From a virus: a DNA stretch of 64,000 bases. This document shows positions 26,201 through 36,500 of the stretch, piece by piece. Location of the stretch: positions 28,305 through 92,304 of the IMG/VR virus record IMGVR_UViG_3300020442_000017; one strand, written 5' to 3'. Made by a program: the position numbers and the translations under genes. The notes under the pieces were generated by a model, which saw only the letters and a list, made by a program, of their open reading frames with translations, was not told the DNA's origin and made no database searches. The stretch's first letter is position 1. Each line of letters begins with the position of its first letter.

Positions 26201-29200
26201 CGTGTACTACAACAGGGAGATATTGTACAATTCTCTGATACCGATGAAAATATTGTTCGCTGTATTGTTCAGTATCCAACAAAACCATCTGGTGTATTGA
26301 AGTCAAGAATTTATTTTGACAGAGCACTTCCACAAAATGTCAGTAATACTAGTGTAGTTAGAATTCGTCCTAACATTAAAAACTTTAACCAAGGAACTTT
26401 ACTTTATAAGACAGGAACTAAACAAGTTTCTTCTATTGTAGCAACTAGTGAAGATTCTAAAATTACACATTATGTAAGAAGAGATTTTGTAAGCACTGGT
26501 AGTTCTAGTGGTGGTAGTATTACATTTACCGCTCAACTTCCTTTTGGTACACAGAGATTTGTCTCCTTTAGTGAAAGTAATTTCCTAGTTACTATTCTAG
26601 AAAAAGGTAGTGCAACATCTATTGAAAAGGGAGATATCATTTACTTGACATCAGATCAAGTTAGTATTTCTGCATCTACTGATGCTGCGAGTGGATTGAC
26701 ATCTGGTAGTGTTGTTTTAAGTCTCCCACAGACATTCTTTGGTGGAGATGCATCTAATTACACAGAGTTCCCTAAACTAAAATTAAGTGCCACACTTGAA
26801 GTATCAAAAGCAAAACCAAGACTTAAGACAGCAAAACTAAACACTAGAATTGTTATTGAATCTCCTGGCGATAGGGTTATTCCTTTCCGTGGAAAAAATT
26901 ATGACACACAGAGTGTTGAGACATTTACATATGCTGATGCATTTAAGTTGAGATATGTATATGAAGGAACCACACAAGATCCACCAACTGTAGATGCAGG
27001 TGGTAATCTCGTCAGTGGAACTGATGTAACCAATAGATATACTTTTGACGATGGTCAAAGAGACACTGTATATGATGTTTCTAGAATTATCTTAAAGCCA
27101 GGCTTTGATGCACCTGTTGGTCAATTACTAATCGCATTTGATTATTTTGACCACACAACTGGTGATTTCTGTACTGTAGATTCTTATCTACATGAAGCAG
27201 GTGTTGGTGCTGATGAAATTCCATCATATAATTCACCTGCACTTGGTAAAGTATCTTTAGGTGATGTCTTAGACTTTAGACCTAAAGTAGATAATGATGC
27301 TATTATTTCTGGTTATCAAGATAGTTCTCTACTAGGTTCAGTTAATACCAGATCATTTGCTGGTGGTGGTGGTATTGTTTCCAGCACCCCTGCACCTGAT
27401 TCTAACCTAGAGTTTACATTCTCATTCTCTCAGACTCAATATCTCAGCAGAATTGATGGTCTTTTCTTAGATAAGAAAGGTAAGTTTTATGTTAAGGAAG
27501 GCAATTCTTCATTAAATCCAACTAGACCTGAATCTATTGAAGATTCAATTGCATTGTACTACATGTACATTCCTGCATTTACACAGAGTAGTAAAGATGT
27601 AAGAATTGTACCAGTAGATCATAAACGCTATACAATGCGTGATATTGGTAAACTAGAGAAGAGAATTGAAAGATTAGAGTACTATACAACACTTAGTATT
27701 CTAGAGCAGCAAGCCTTGAATATGCAAGTTATTGATGGCAATGGTAATAATAGATTCAAGAGTGGTTTCATTGTAGACAATTATGAGACACACAAGATTG
27801 GTAATCTAAAATCCATTGACTATAAGTGCTCTGTTGATACTCAACAGTCTGTAATGAGACCTCAGTCAAAAGAAGATTCTTTCATGTTGGAAGAGATCAA
27901 TACAAGAAATGATCAAAGAACTTCTGCTGGTTATGTTAGGAATGGTGATCGTGTTACATTACCATTTACTGAATTGGAAATGGTTAAGAATGAGTTTGCT
28001 ACCAAGACAATTAATCCCAACCCATTTGTAGTTCTACAATATGCTGGTGATTCATTTATTGGACCCAATGTAGATTCTTGGTATGATACTAGTGTTGAAC
28101 CACTAGTTACAGATAATAACACCAATCTATATTCTATCTTTATTGCAAAAGATAATATTAAAGATGCATTTTCAAGTCTTTACAATTCATATAAAGTAAA
28201 TTGGTTGGGTGCAAATAGATCATTCTTTAACATTGAGTCTTTTGCGGATACAAATTCTGATCTATCAGGATCAAATGTTACTAGTGCTTCTGTTTCTAGT
28301 TCTTCTAACGTAAGTCCTGACAACAATGAGATTGGTAAGGGTATTTCAACTAAGGGTGTTGGTTCTAATGTTGTTGCAACATCACTATCATTCTTTGCTA
28401 GAAGTATTCCTCTTAAATTTGTAATCAATCGTTTAAAACCAAATACAACTGTATATCCTTTCATGGAAGGTCAGGATATCTCTCGTTGGGTCAATTCTGA
28501 TTCTAAGTATACAGGTATTGCTGGCAATTCTTTGTCATCTTTCAATACTCCTATTAAAACTGATGCAAATGGTAATGCTAGTGGAATTATTCTAGTTCCT
28601 GCTGGTCAACCACCAAGAGAAAACAGTGTTTGGGGTGGTAGTGCTGAGAATTTAGATTACGATACAGATTCAGTTGAAGTTAGATTTACAACTGGTGTAA
28701 AAACTATTAGATTTACTTCTAGTAAAACTGATGCTCCCAAAGAGGATGTAGAGACATACGCAGAAGTTAAATTCTATGCAACTGGTCTTCTTCCTGAGAA
28801 TCCTGCATCTATCGTTTCCACTGCACCTGCTTTCTTCAAAGCAAATGAGGGAACACAGACAACTGATAGCAATACAGAAAATCCAATCAAACCAAATCCA
28901 CTTGCTCAGACATTTACTGTTGATGGATTTGATGGTGGTATTTTTGCAACTAGTGTTGATCTATTCTTCTCAACTAAGAGTGAAAATATTCCAATTAGAG
29001 TATACCTAACAGATATTCAAAATGGTAAACCAGGTAAAAATATTCTACCTGGCACACAGAAAGTTCTTAATCCAGACACCTATCTAAGAGTTCTTGCCAG
29101 TGACACGCTTGAAGTAACTAAGGGAGAAAAAGTTACTGGTCAATCATCAAATGCTTCTGGTCCTATTTCAAAAGTATTTGATAAGAATAATATTGAACTA

Positions 29201-31696
29201 ACACCAACATCTACTGGTGTGTTCTCACTATCAAATGATCAGGTATTTACTTTAGTTCTTGATAATCATACTGGAACATCTTTTAAACAGGATGAAACAT
29301 TAACAATTCCTTCTGTTACTGCTGCTAATAATGCAAACAATACATCTTTATCACTAAAGATTGTTAAAGATTCTGGTAGAGTTACAGGTTTAACTGTCAA
29401 AGACACAGGAACTTCATATAATTCTGCAATTATTACTTTGGAAAGTCCACAGTTACCTGGTGGCGGTGGTGCTACTGCTACTGTTAGAGTTTCTAATGGT
29501 AAAGTATATCATTCAGATATTGTCTTATCAGGTTCTGAGTATACAGAACCACCAGCAGTTATTATTAGAGGAACTGGAACAGGTAATTCTGGTGCTGTAA
29601 TTGAGTCTTCAATTACTATTGATACACCAGCAGTTCGCATGGGTATTTCTATTGACCAAGATGGAACAACCAATTCTACAGTTCCAACTAACTTTAAATT
29701 TGATTACCCTGTATATCTACAAAATGACACTGAGTATGCTCTAGTTCTTGAAACAGATTCTATTGATTACAAAGTATGGGCATCTAAACTAAGTGAAACA
29801 GATGTTGCAACGAGTAAAACTGTTGCTGCTCAACCTGCACTAGGTTCTCTATTTAAGTCTCAGAATACTAATTCTTGGACTGAAGATCTCTTTGAGGATC
29901 TTAAGTTTACATTACACCGTGCTAAGTTTGATGTTTCTAGAACAGCAGAACTTCTACTCACAAATGAAGATCTTGGTTATGAATTGCTAGATGTCAATCC
30001 TATTGAGACTAATTCAAATTCTCAATCTGGTGCAACATCTAATCTATTTAAAAATAACAGATCTGTTATTAAGGTTAATCATTTCAACAATGGATTTAGT
30101 GCTGATGGAGAATCTTACGTATTCTTTAAGGGCGGTCTTGATGTTGGTGGTATTGTTAAGTCTGAACTAAATGATACTTTATATCAAGTTACTAATGTTG
30201 GTATTGATAGTTACAATATTATCTCTGTAAATAAAGCAACTAGCAGTGCATTTGGCGGTGGTTCTTCACTATTCGCTTCTTATAATAGAAAGTTTGAAAA
30301 ATTACATGCTATTGTTCCTACATTAGAATTCGCTGATACAAAGATTGAGAGTTTTGTTAAGACAACTAACATTAAACCTATTGACGATAATGTAGGAACA
30401 TTCGCTACATATAGTCAACCTGATTATGAGAAGACATTCTTGAATGAAGATTTCTTCTTTATTAATCAAAAGGTATTGGCATCTAGAGTTAATGAAAGTC
30501 TTAATAATGTTGATAGATCATTAACTTATAAAATTATGATTTCAAGTGAGCAAGATACTCTTTCTCCACTAGTTGATTTAAGTAGAGCATCACTAAAAAC
30601 TATTAGTAATAGAATTGAGAATGCTGAGGGCAAAGAATCTAGATATGGTCGCAGAGATCAAGTACTAGAATTCTTCCCTGTTTGGAGTTTTGTTGTCACT
30701 AATACTTCAGGAGTTGCTATTACTGAAAATCAAAGAGTTTCAGGTTTAACTACAAATGCTTCTGGAACAATTCTAAAAGTAGATGGTTCTACTTTAATTG
30801 TAAGAGTTGATACAGTCAATACTTTTGTACAAGGTGAAGGACTTAAATTTGCAGATTCTGCTTTAAATCCTGACACATCTGGTGCAAATGCAGGTATTCC
30901 AAAAGTAACAGTAACACCATCTCAAGGTAATGTAACTGAAGTTGTCCCTGTCATTCCTAATGAGTCTTCTCCACAATCAACAGTGTTTGTTAGAGATGCA
31001 TCTCAGTTGAATGAAAATTACGATAATAAGATTAGTGGTACAGTTGTACTATGGAATCAGAATAATAAAATTCTAACTATTATCAATAATAAAAAACCAC
31101 TTGGTGATGACTACACATCTGCTAGTGGATCTGGACAGTTCTCCAGAGTTGCTGTTGGTGTATCACCAGCTCAAGAAAGTGATATCATTCGTGTTGGTGA
31201 TATTATTGGTTGGACAAATCAAACTGCTGGTGAAGAAAATTATCTAATGGTTTCTAATGTATCTTATACTGATGGTATTGATTTTGTTTCTGATATTCAA
31301 TCTAAAGGAACTAGTAGTGCTGCTTCTTATGTTACCAAAGAAGTTTCTATCACAAATCCTGCAACAGGAATTGATGTTAGAATGACTGCTAACACTGTTG
31401 ATATTGAAAATATTGAAGTTCTTTACAGGGTTAAAAAATCATCCTCTGAAGATAATTTTGAAGATCTTGAATGGGTATACTTCAACGAAACTGGTTTGCC
31501 AGATGTTGATCTAATTGCAACTGCTGAAAATTCAATCAGTGGTATCACTGAGAAACAAGAAGAATATCAAGAACTTTCTTATAGTGTTGATAACTTACCT
31601 GAATTCTCATCGTTTGCTGTCAAAGTTGTTATGAAGACAAGCAATCCAGCGTTTGTACCAAAAGTACAAGATCTACGTGCAGTAGCATCATACTAA
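23237..31696 (+). CDS. large virion structural protein (VrlC/DUF4815-like)
   Basis: 2819 aa; NLNVTPYYDDF..KNFYKVLFRPG.SIQARELTQLQS, LARRTYDESGDY, RYTMRDIGKLEKRI, PLAQTF. Confidence 0.75.
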   Translation: MPQKTNLNVTPYYDDFSQTKNFYKVLFRPGYSIQARELTQLQSVLQNQIESFGKYAFKQGELVIPGEVGINTKLPYVKLSSVSEIPINVDGKIVYKKYDITQLRGLVLRGNTSGVTATVIDANVATDTASDVLYVNYTNSGDASNEVTFRQGETLEVVDGVNTPLMVVGTDGSVLPTSISITDPDTGASSTLESTAMGFASAVKVEEGIYFVNGYFVRNAEQLLIIDPYYNKPSAKVGFKIIESVVTAEEDNSLYDNAIGSSNFSAPGANRLSITLDLVKYNLDVSTDKNFIQILTVRKGAVQSQIVQTDYNLLEQTLARRTYDESGDYVVEDFSLDVREYYQEDGNLGVYGQDEFGLVNGLSVSDAKDKLIASVSSGKAYVKGFEIVNKETKYLPVSKARETLDREDIRKKTTGLPTYRITNTYGSTPLNADGGDLTAYPNVFLSSVFNDGSVGLNGSEADNDSKQTTSRRGHFFDQNQGIKTVYVQKEPNINLSTLNGASSGVGTFANNGVADSSRTAGTYTNVTTTTAQNGTGATFDIVVAADGTPTITLNQAGTGYASTDTLSIIDGNLGGGGGADITITVSTISGVDATDTFDERLTALSTLYWVQGRNVSGVPNTISPIDVIAYSEVSRPELDDPASTPETYLELTLAGDKNLLDKFFTEYDAENSGDNGIRELFRTKVDGENDQNRFGIIRDYNETITPVIGIAKPSNFTLVEKGTGFNTDTDIILSKGKLSDGTSVYNSIFGLSYFDPQFFTKLLLDDSTETTGGFTPGQYVYGVTSGAYGVVEGSSTGSFSKNKVLMVKTLFGTFKSGEIIRDENNNSVRIAQDNTISHFIVTFQGVGYESTGCSLKIDGVDYDSSKIELDISTSKKVLQANIISREFVNVEYSKPPTVLVNQKAGNAAPSKAAKITPVLVRNAVTTFTPQNVKSFYAEFGSGNSNVFTSDIEINNDQYVESIPVTNFTFGGEKGNKFIECNGFGGDSTRVLQQGDIVQFSDTDENIVRCIVQYPTKPSGVLKSRIYFDRALPQNVSNTSVVRIRPNIKNFNQGTLLYKTGTKQVSSIVATSEDSKITHYVRRDFVSTGSSSGGSITFTAQLPFGTQRFVSFSESNFLVTILEKGSATSIEKGDIIYLTSDQVSISASTDAASGLTSGSVVLSLPQTFFGGDASNYTEFPKLKLSATLEVSKAKPRLKTAKLNTRIVIESPGDRVIPFRGKNYDTQSVETFTYADAFKLRYVYEGTTQDPPTVDAGGNLVSGTDVTNRYTFDDGQRDTVYDVSRIILKPGFDAPVGQLLIAFDYFDHTTGDFCTVDSYLHEAGVGADEIPSYNSPALGKVSLGDVLDFRPKVDNDAIISGYQDSSLLGSVNTRSFAGGGGIVSSTPAPDSNLEFTFSFSQTQYLSRIDGLFLDKKGKFYVKEGNSSLNPTRPESIEDSIALYYMYIPAFTQSSKDVRIVPVDHKRYTMRDIGKLEKRIERLEYYTTLSILEQQALNMQVIDGNGNNRFKSGFIVDNYETHKIGNLKSIDYKCSVDTQQSVMRPQSKEDSFMLEEINTRNDQRTSAGYVRNGDRVTLPFTELEMVKNEFATKTINPNPFVVLQYAGDSFIGPNVDSWYDTSVEPLVTDNNTNLYSIFIAKDNIKDAFSSLYNSYKVNWLGANRSFFNIESFADTNSDLSGSNVTSASVSSSSNVSPDNNEIGKGISTKGVGSNVVATSLSFFARSIPLKFVINRLKPNTTVYPFMEGQDISRWVNSDSKYTGIAGNSLSSFNTPIKTDANGNASGIILVPAGQPPRENSVWGGSAENLDYDTDSVEVRFTTGVKTIRFTSSKTDAPKEDVETYAEVKFYATGLLPENPASIVSTAPAFFKANEGTQTTDSNTENPIKPNPLAQTFTVDGFDGGIFATSVDLFFSTKSENIPIRVYLTDIQNGKPGKNILPGTQKVLNPDTYLRVLASDTLEVTKGEKVTGQSSNASGPISKVFDKNNIELTPTSTGVFSLSNDQVFTLVLDNHTGTSFKQDETLTIPSVTAANNANNTSLSLKIVKDSGRVTGLTVKDTGTSYNSAIITLESPQLPGGGGATATVRVSNGKVYHSDIVLSGSEYTEPPAVIIRGTGTGNSGAVIESSITIDTPAVRMGISIDQDGTTNSTVPTNFKFDYPVYLQNDTEYALVLETDSIDYKVWASKLSETDVATSKTVAAQPALGSLFKSQNTNSWTEDLFEDLKFTLHRAKFDVSRTAELLLTNEDLGYELLDVNPIETNSNSQSGATSNLFKNNRSVIKVNHFNNGFSADGESYVFFKGGLDVGGIVKSELNDTLYQVTNVGIDSYNIISVNKATSSAFGGGSSLFASYNRKFEKLHAIVPTLEFADTKIESFVKTTNIKPIDDNVGTFATYSQPDYEKTFLNEDFFFINQKVLASRVNESLNNVDRSLTYKIMISSEQDTLSPLVDLSRASLKTISNRIENAEGKESRYGRRDQVLEFFPVWSFVVTNTSGVAITENQRVSGLTTNASGTILKVDGSTLIVRVDTVNTFVQGEGLKFADSALNPDTSGANAGIPKVTVTPSQGNVTEVVPVIPNESSPQSTVFVRDASQLNENYDNKISGTVVLWNQNNKILTIINNKKPLGDDYTSASGSGQFSRVAVGVSPAQESDIIRVGDIIGWTNQTAGEENYLMVSNVSYTDGIDFVSDIQSKGTSSAASYVTKEVSITNPATGIDVRMTANTVDIENIEVLYRVKKSSSEDNFEDLEWVYFNETGLPDVDLIATAENSISGITEKQEEYQELSYSVDNLPEFSSFAVKVVMKTSNPAFVPKVQDLRAVASY

Positions 31697-31905
31697 TGAA
31701 ACATATAAAAGTGAAGAATGAAAACCACCTGTATCGTGATAGTGATACAGGTGCAATCATAAATACCGATAGGTCTTCGTTTGAGAAGTATAAGAGATCT
31801 AAATTAAAGTTTCAAAGTATGGAACAAGAATTAGATCATCTTAAAAGTGAGATAAGCGAGATTAAATCACTATTAAAAGAGATAGTAAAGTCCAATGGTA
31901 CTTAG
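31696..31905 (+). CDS. conserved small virion-module protein
   Basis: LYRDSDTGAIIN followed by a C-terminal coiled coil. Confidence 0.75.
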   Translation: MKHIKVKNENHLYRDSDTGAIINTDRSSFEKYKRSKLKFQSMEQELDHLKSEISEIKSLLKEIVKSNGT

Positions 31906-33496
31906 AAATGTAGCCAAATCATTCTCATTTGAGGAACAGAGGCAAGAAATTAATTTACTTGCTGTAGATGTTGATAGCATCGCAACTAATATTGCTTCCA
32001 TGACCTTGGTTAATGAGAGTAATCCTAAGTTGGGTGCAAATCTAGATCTCAATAATAATAGTATCACAGGTACTGGTGATATTAATCATAATGGACAGTT
32101 AACTACTGGTAGCATCTTAACTTCTGCATCTCTCAATAATAAAGGATCCATTCAGTTTGGAACTGCGGATGCTTATTCTCTTGGGCACATGCCTAACAAT
32201 AGCAACTTTGCATTTTCACAACTACATGGCGGTAGTTACTTATTCTATACTAATGCTAGTACGATTCCACTTCAGATTGATCCAACATTAGTTGATGTCA
32301 ATGTAAACCTAGATGTTACTGGAACCATAACTGCATCTGGAACCATAACTGCATTGGGTGGTAATTCTACTTACTGGAATAATGCACATAGTTGGGGAGA
32401 TCATTCTTTAGCAGGATATTTAACATCAGAAACTCAATCTGATTGGAATGAATCTGATACTAGCAATCCAGCACATATTTTAAATAAACCAAATCTCTTT
32501 GATGGTACTTGGGGATCACTTTCTGGTAAACCAACATTTGCAACTGTTGCTACTAGTGGAGATTATAACGATTTATCCAATACACCTACACAAGCTAGTC
32601 AAGTTCAATCTAATTGGGGAGAAACAGATTCTAATAACGTTGCATTTATTAAGAACAAACCTACTATCCCAACTATCCCATCAAATGTTAGTGCCTTTAA
32701 TAATGATGTAGGATACAAAACCACAGATAACAACACAACATATACTTTAGATGCTGGAACGCATGGTGCTTCTGATGCAAAGTTAACGTTGCTTGGAAGT
32801 ACTTCTACTATTGATAATGTTATCTTAACTGCTGGAACTGGTATTGCTTTTAGCTCAATTGGCAGTGGTGGATTTACAATTTCAACTTCTTTAAGTATTG
32901 GAAATCTAACCGACGTTAATGTTTCTGGTGTCACCACAGGACAAGTATTGAAGTGGAGTGGAACTCAATGGGCTCCTGCTGATGACACTCAAGGATCTGG
33001 GGGAGGTGGTTTCTCTGGAGATTATAACGATCTAACTAACAAACCTACACTTTATACTAATAGTGATGTTAATGCTCATTTAAACACATCTACTGCTGGT
33101 ACAGGACAAATTTTAAGTTGGAATGGTAGTGATTATGACTGGGTAAATGATCAGCAAGGTGGTAGTGGTAGTGGTTCTAATTTAGAAAGTTTAAACGATG
33201 TTGCTTGGAGTGGTTTAAATCCCAATCCTCAAAATGGTCAAGTATTACAACACAATGGATCTAACTGGACAAATAACACATTAGATTTACCAGATAAGAT
33301 TGAAGATTTAAGTGATGTATCTAATGCAGCACCGCAGGATGGTCATATTTTGAGATGGGATGCTGGAAATAATGTTTGGTTACCAGGATCTGATGATATT
33401 GATTCTCTCTACACAAAGTTAAACGCAATAGGAAATGATGCCAGCATTACTACTGTTGCTGGGCTTAAGTCTGCTCTTGCAGCATTGAGTCGTTAA
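31895..33496 (+). CDS. tail fibre-like protein
   Basis: 533 aa; LxDLSDV/GQVLKW fibre repeats, SGDYNDLxNKP and QSDWN motifs. Confidence 0.7.
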   Translation: MVLRNVAKSFSFEEQRQEINLLAVDVDSIATNIASMTLVNESNPKLGANLDLNNNSITGTGDINHNGQLTTGSILTSASLNNKGSIQFGTADAYSLGHMPNNSNFAFSQLHGGSYLFYTNASTIPLQIDPTLVDVNVNLDVTGTITASGTITALGGNSTYWNNAHSWGDHSLAGYLTSETQSDWNESDTSNPAHILNKPNLFDGTWGSLSGKPTFATVATSGDYNDLSNTPTQASQVQSNWGETDSNNVAFIKNKPTIPTIPSNVSAFNNDVGYKTTDNNTTYTLDAGTHGASDAKLTLLGSTSTIDNVILTAGTGIAFSSIGSGGFTISTSLSIGNLTDVNVSGVTTGQVLKWSGTQWAPADDTQGSGGGGFSGDYNDLTNKPTLYTNSDVNAHLNTSTAGTGQILSWNGSDYDWVNDQQGGSGSGSNLESLNDVAWSGLNPNPQNGQVLQHNGSNWTNNTLDLPDKIEDLSDVSNAAPQDGHILRWDAGNNVWLPGSDDIDSLYTKLNAIGNDASITTVAGLKSALAALSR

Positions 33497-33530
33497 AACT
33501 AAATATAATGATAGGATGATATAGTATCAA

Positions 33531-36500
33531 ATGGCAGTACTCAGAAATGTACCAAAGACGTTTTCTTTTGAAGAACAACGCATAGAAATTAATGAGATTG
33601 CACAAGATCTCTATTCACTTAGTAGTGGTAATTTAACACAGTTTTCTGTTACTGTTAGTGCTGCCAGTGGCAATGGTAATTTAACCTATGATAATACTAC
33701 TGGGGTATTTGATTACACGCCACCAAATATTTCATCTACTTTTTCTGGAGATTATAACGATCTAAGTAACAAACCTACACTATTCTCTGGAGATTATAAC
33801 GATCTAAGTAATAAACCTACACTATTCTCTGGATCCTATAATGATTTAAGTAACAAACCTACAATATTCTCTGGATCCTATAATGATTTAAGTAACAAAC
33901 CTACTATACCAATAACTTTAAATGATCTTAGTGATGTAGATGCAACAACTGGAGTAGCAAACGGTAAGATACTTAAGTATAATGGAAGTGGTTGGGAAGT
34001 AGCAGATGATCAATCAGGTGGTGGAGGATCTTCTTATACTAATTCTAATGTAGATACTCATCTGAATGTTAGTGGTGCTTCTTCAGGTCAAATCCTCAGT
34101 TGGAATGGATCTGACTATGTTTGGGTAGCAGATCAGACTGGTGGAGGTGGTAGTAGCAACGTATCAGCTATTAATGATCTAAGCGATGTTGTTATTAGCA
34201 ATAGTCCCACTGCTGGTCATGTAATTAAATGGGATCAAACTACTAGTAAGTGGACCAACCAACCAGATATGACTGGGCAAGGTGGATCTGATTATCAAAT
34301 TTATAATTTTACTGTAGATGTATCAAACTCATCATATTTTACGATAAGTGGTCATGATAGAGTGGGTGGTGTTAGTGGTAACAATCCTACTATCACTATG
34401 AATGAAGGTGATAGAATCAGATTTGCTGTATACAATAGTGGAACAAATCACACATTTGAGATTAGAGTAAGTGCTGGTGGTGCCGAAGTTAGCAATTCAG
34501 CTCCAACTAAAACTACTCATGGTGGGGGAGATTATATTGAATGGGCACCACAAGTTGCTAGTGGAGGATCTGCTGGATCATATGTTTATGAATGTGATAA
34601 CCACAGCAGTATGGTTGGGGTAATTACAGTTCGTCCTAGAAATACTATTAATGAATTTGATACTCTGCAAACTGTAACTGCGAGAGGTAGTACTACAACT
34701 AATGGAATAACACTTAGTACAAGTAATCTTATTCTAGATTCTGCTAATGATCAACGTGTTCAACATAATGTTAGTGGAGTAGAAAAATCTAAGATCATTT
34801 GGAGAAGCACTGGTGCTGTAGATTTCTATGCTTCAAATGGCATGAGTTTCTTTGCCACTAGTAATACATCTCCTAACAATAGAAGATTACAACTCCTTAC
34901 TGGTGGTGGTGTAATACTTGAATGGCAGAATAATACACGACTTGAAACTACTTCTACTGGTGTAACTATTAGTGGTGTTCTAACTGCTGGTGGTCTTACC
35001 TATCCAAACTCCAACGGAACTAGCGGCCAGGTCTTGTCTAGTGATGGCACAGGAAATGTAGCATGGTCTACGGTGTCTATTCCTGCTGCACAAGTTAATT
35101 CTGACTGGAGTGCTACATCAGGTCTTGCTGAAATTCTTAACAAACCATACCTTCCTACATTTTCAACTACCAATCCCTCTGATGGTCAGATTCTAACATG
35201 GAATGCAACCAGCAGTGAATGGCAACCTGATAATGTAAGTTCTGGTTCAGTCACTTCAATTAATGATATTGGTGATGTCAATGTTCCCAATCCTACAGAT
35301 GGACATGTTTTAAAGTGGAACGCTTCTACTAGTAAGTGGATTGCATCTGCTGATTTAACTGCAACTGGTGGTGCTGGTATTGCATTAGCAGATCTTTCTG
35401 TAACTACTAACTCAGCAGGTACAGCAGCATTAACATACAGTAATACAACTGGTGTATTCAGTTACACACCACCAGACCTTAGTGGATACTTAACATCACT
35501 TGGAGACGCTGCTGGTGTTACTACTGCTAAAATTTCTAATTGGGATGATGCGTACAGTTGGGGTGATCATAGTTTATCTGGATATGCAACACAAACCTTT
35601 GTCAACACTGCACTAACCAATTTAAACAATTGGGATACTGCATATGGTTGGGGTGATCATAGTGCTGCTGGATATCTAACATCATACACCGAAAATGATA
35701 CACTTTCTTCAGTAGTTGGTCGTGGAAATACAGCAACTGGTCCTATTACTATTGGTGGCAATGGATCTAGCGGTGGTGTAACTCTTAAGGATGGTAAGAT
35801 TGAAGTAAGAACAGGAACTGGAAATGTAGCAGCAATTGATCTTTATTGTGAGGTTAATAATGTACATAAGATTAGTATAAAAGCACCACCACATAGTAAC
35901 TTTAGTGGTAATATTGATTTTGTTTTACCTCCAAACGCAGGTACATCAGGAAAAGTTTTAAGCACTGACGGAACTGGAGTTACAAGTTGGGTAGACAGAT
36001 CAACGTTCTCTGGATCTTATAATGATCTAACTAATAAACCAACAATTCCATCTACTTTAGATCAATTAACTGATGTTAGTGTTGGAAGTGTTTCTGAAGG
36101 TGATTACTTAAAATATACTTCTTCTGGATGGACTCATGGAACTATTACTGAGTTTTCTGGTAACTATAATGATCTTTCAAATAAACCAACAATTCCAACC
36201 AATATTGGAGATCTATCAGATGTAGATTTTAGTGGTAGCACTACTGTTGGTTATGTTTTAAAATGGGATGGATCAGAGTGGTCACCTGCTCAGGATACAA
36301 ATTATCCAACTGGTGGTATTGCAGGATTAACTGATGTTGATTTTGATGGAGGTTCACCTAGTAATGATCAAGTATTAGTATATGATTCATCTACAAATAA
36401 ATGGAAGAATGAATCTCCAAGTTCTGGTGTACCATCTGGAACTATTGTTATGTACAATAGTGGTTCTGCCCCTTCTGGATGGGCTGTGTGCGATGGTACT

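Noticed and set aside
12945-31696. Inteins, introns or homing endonucleases explaining the very large ORFs
   Set aside because: No intein splice motifs, LAGLIDADG, HNH or GIY-YIG signatures were recognised; the size is explained by structural repeats
33741-33908. CRISPR-like array
   Set aside because: The repeats are contiguous with no spacers, stay in frame, and encode a fibre peptide repeat
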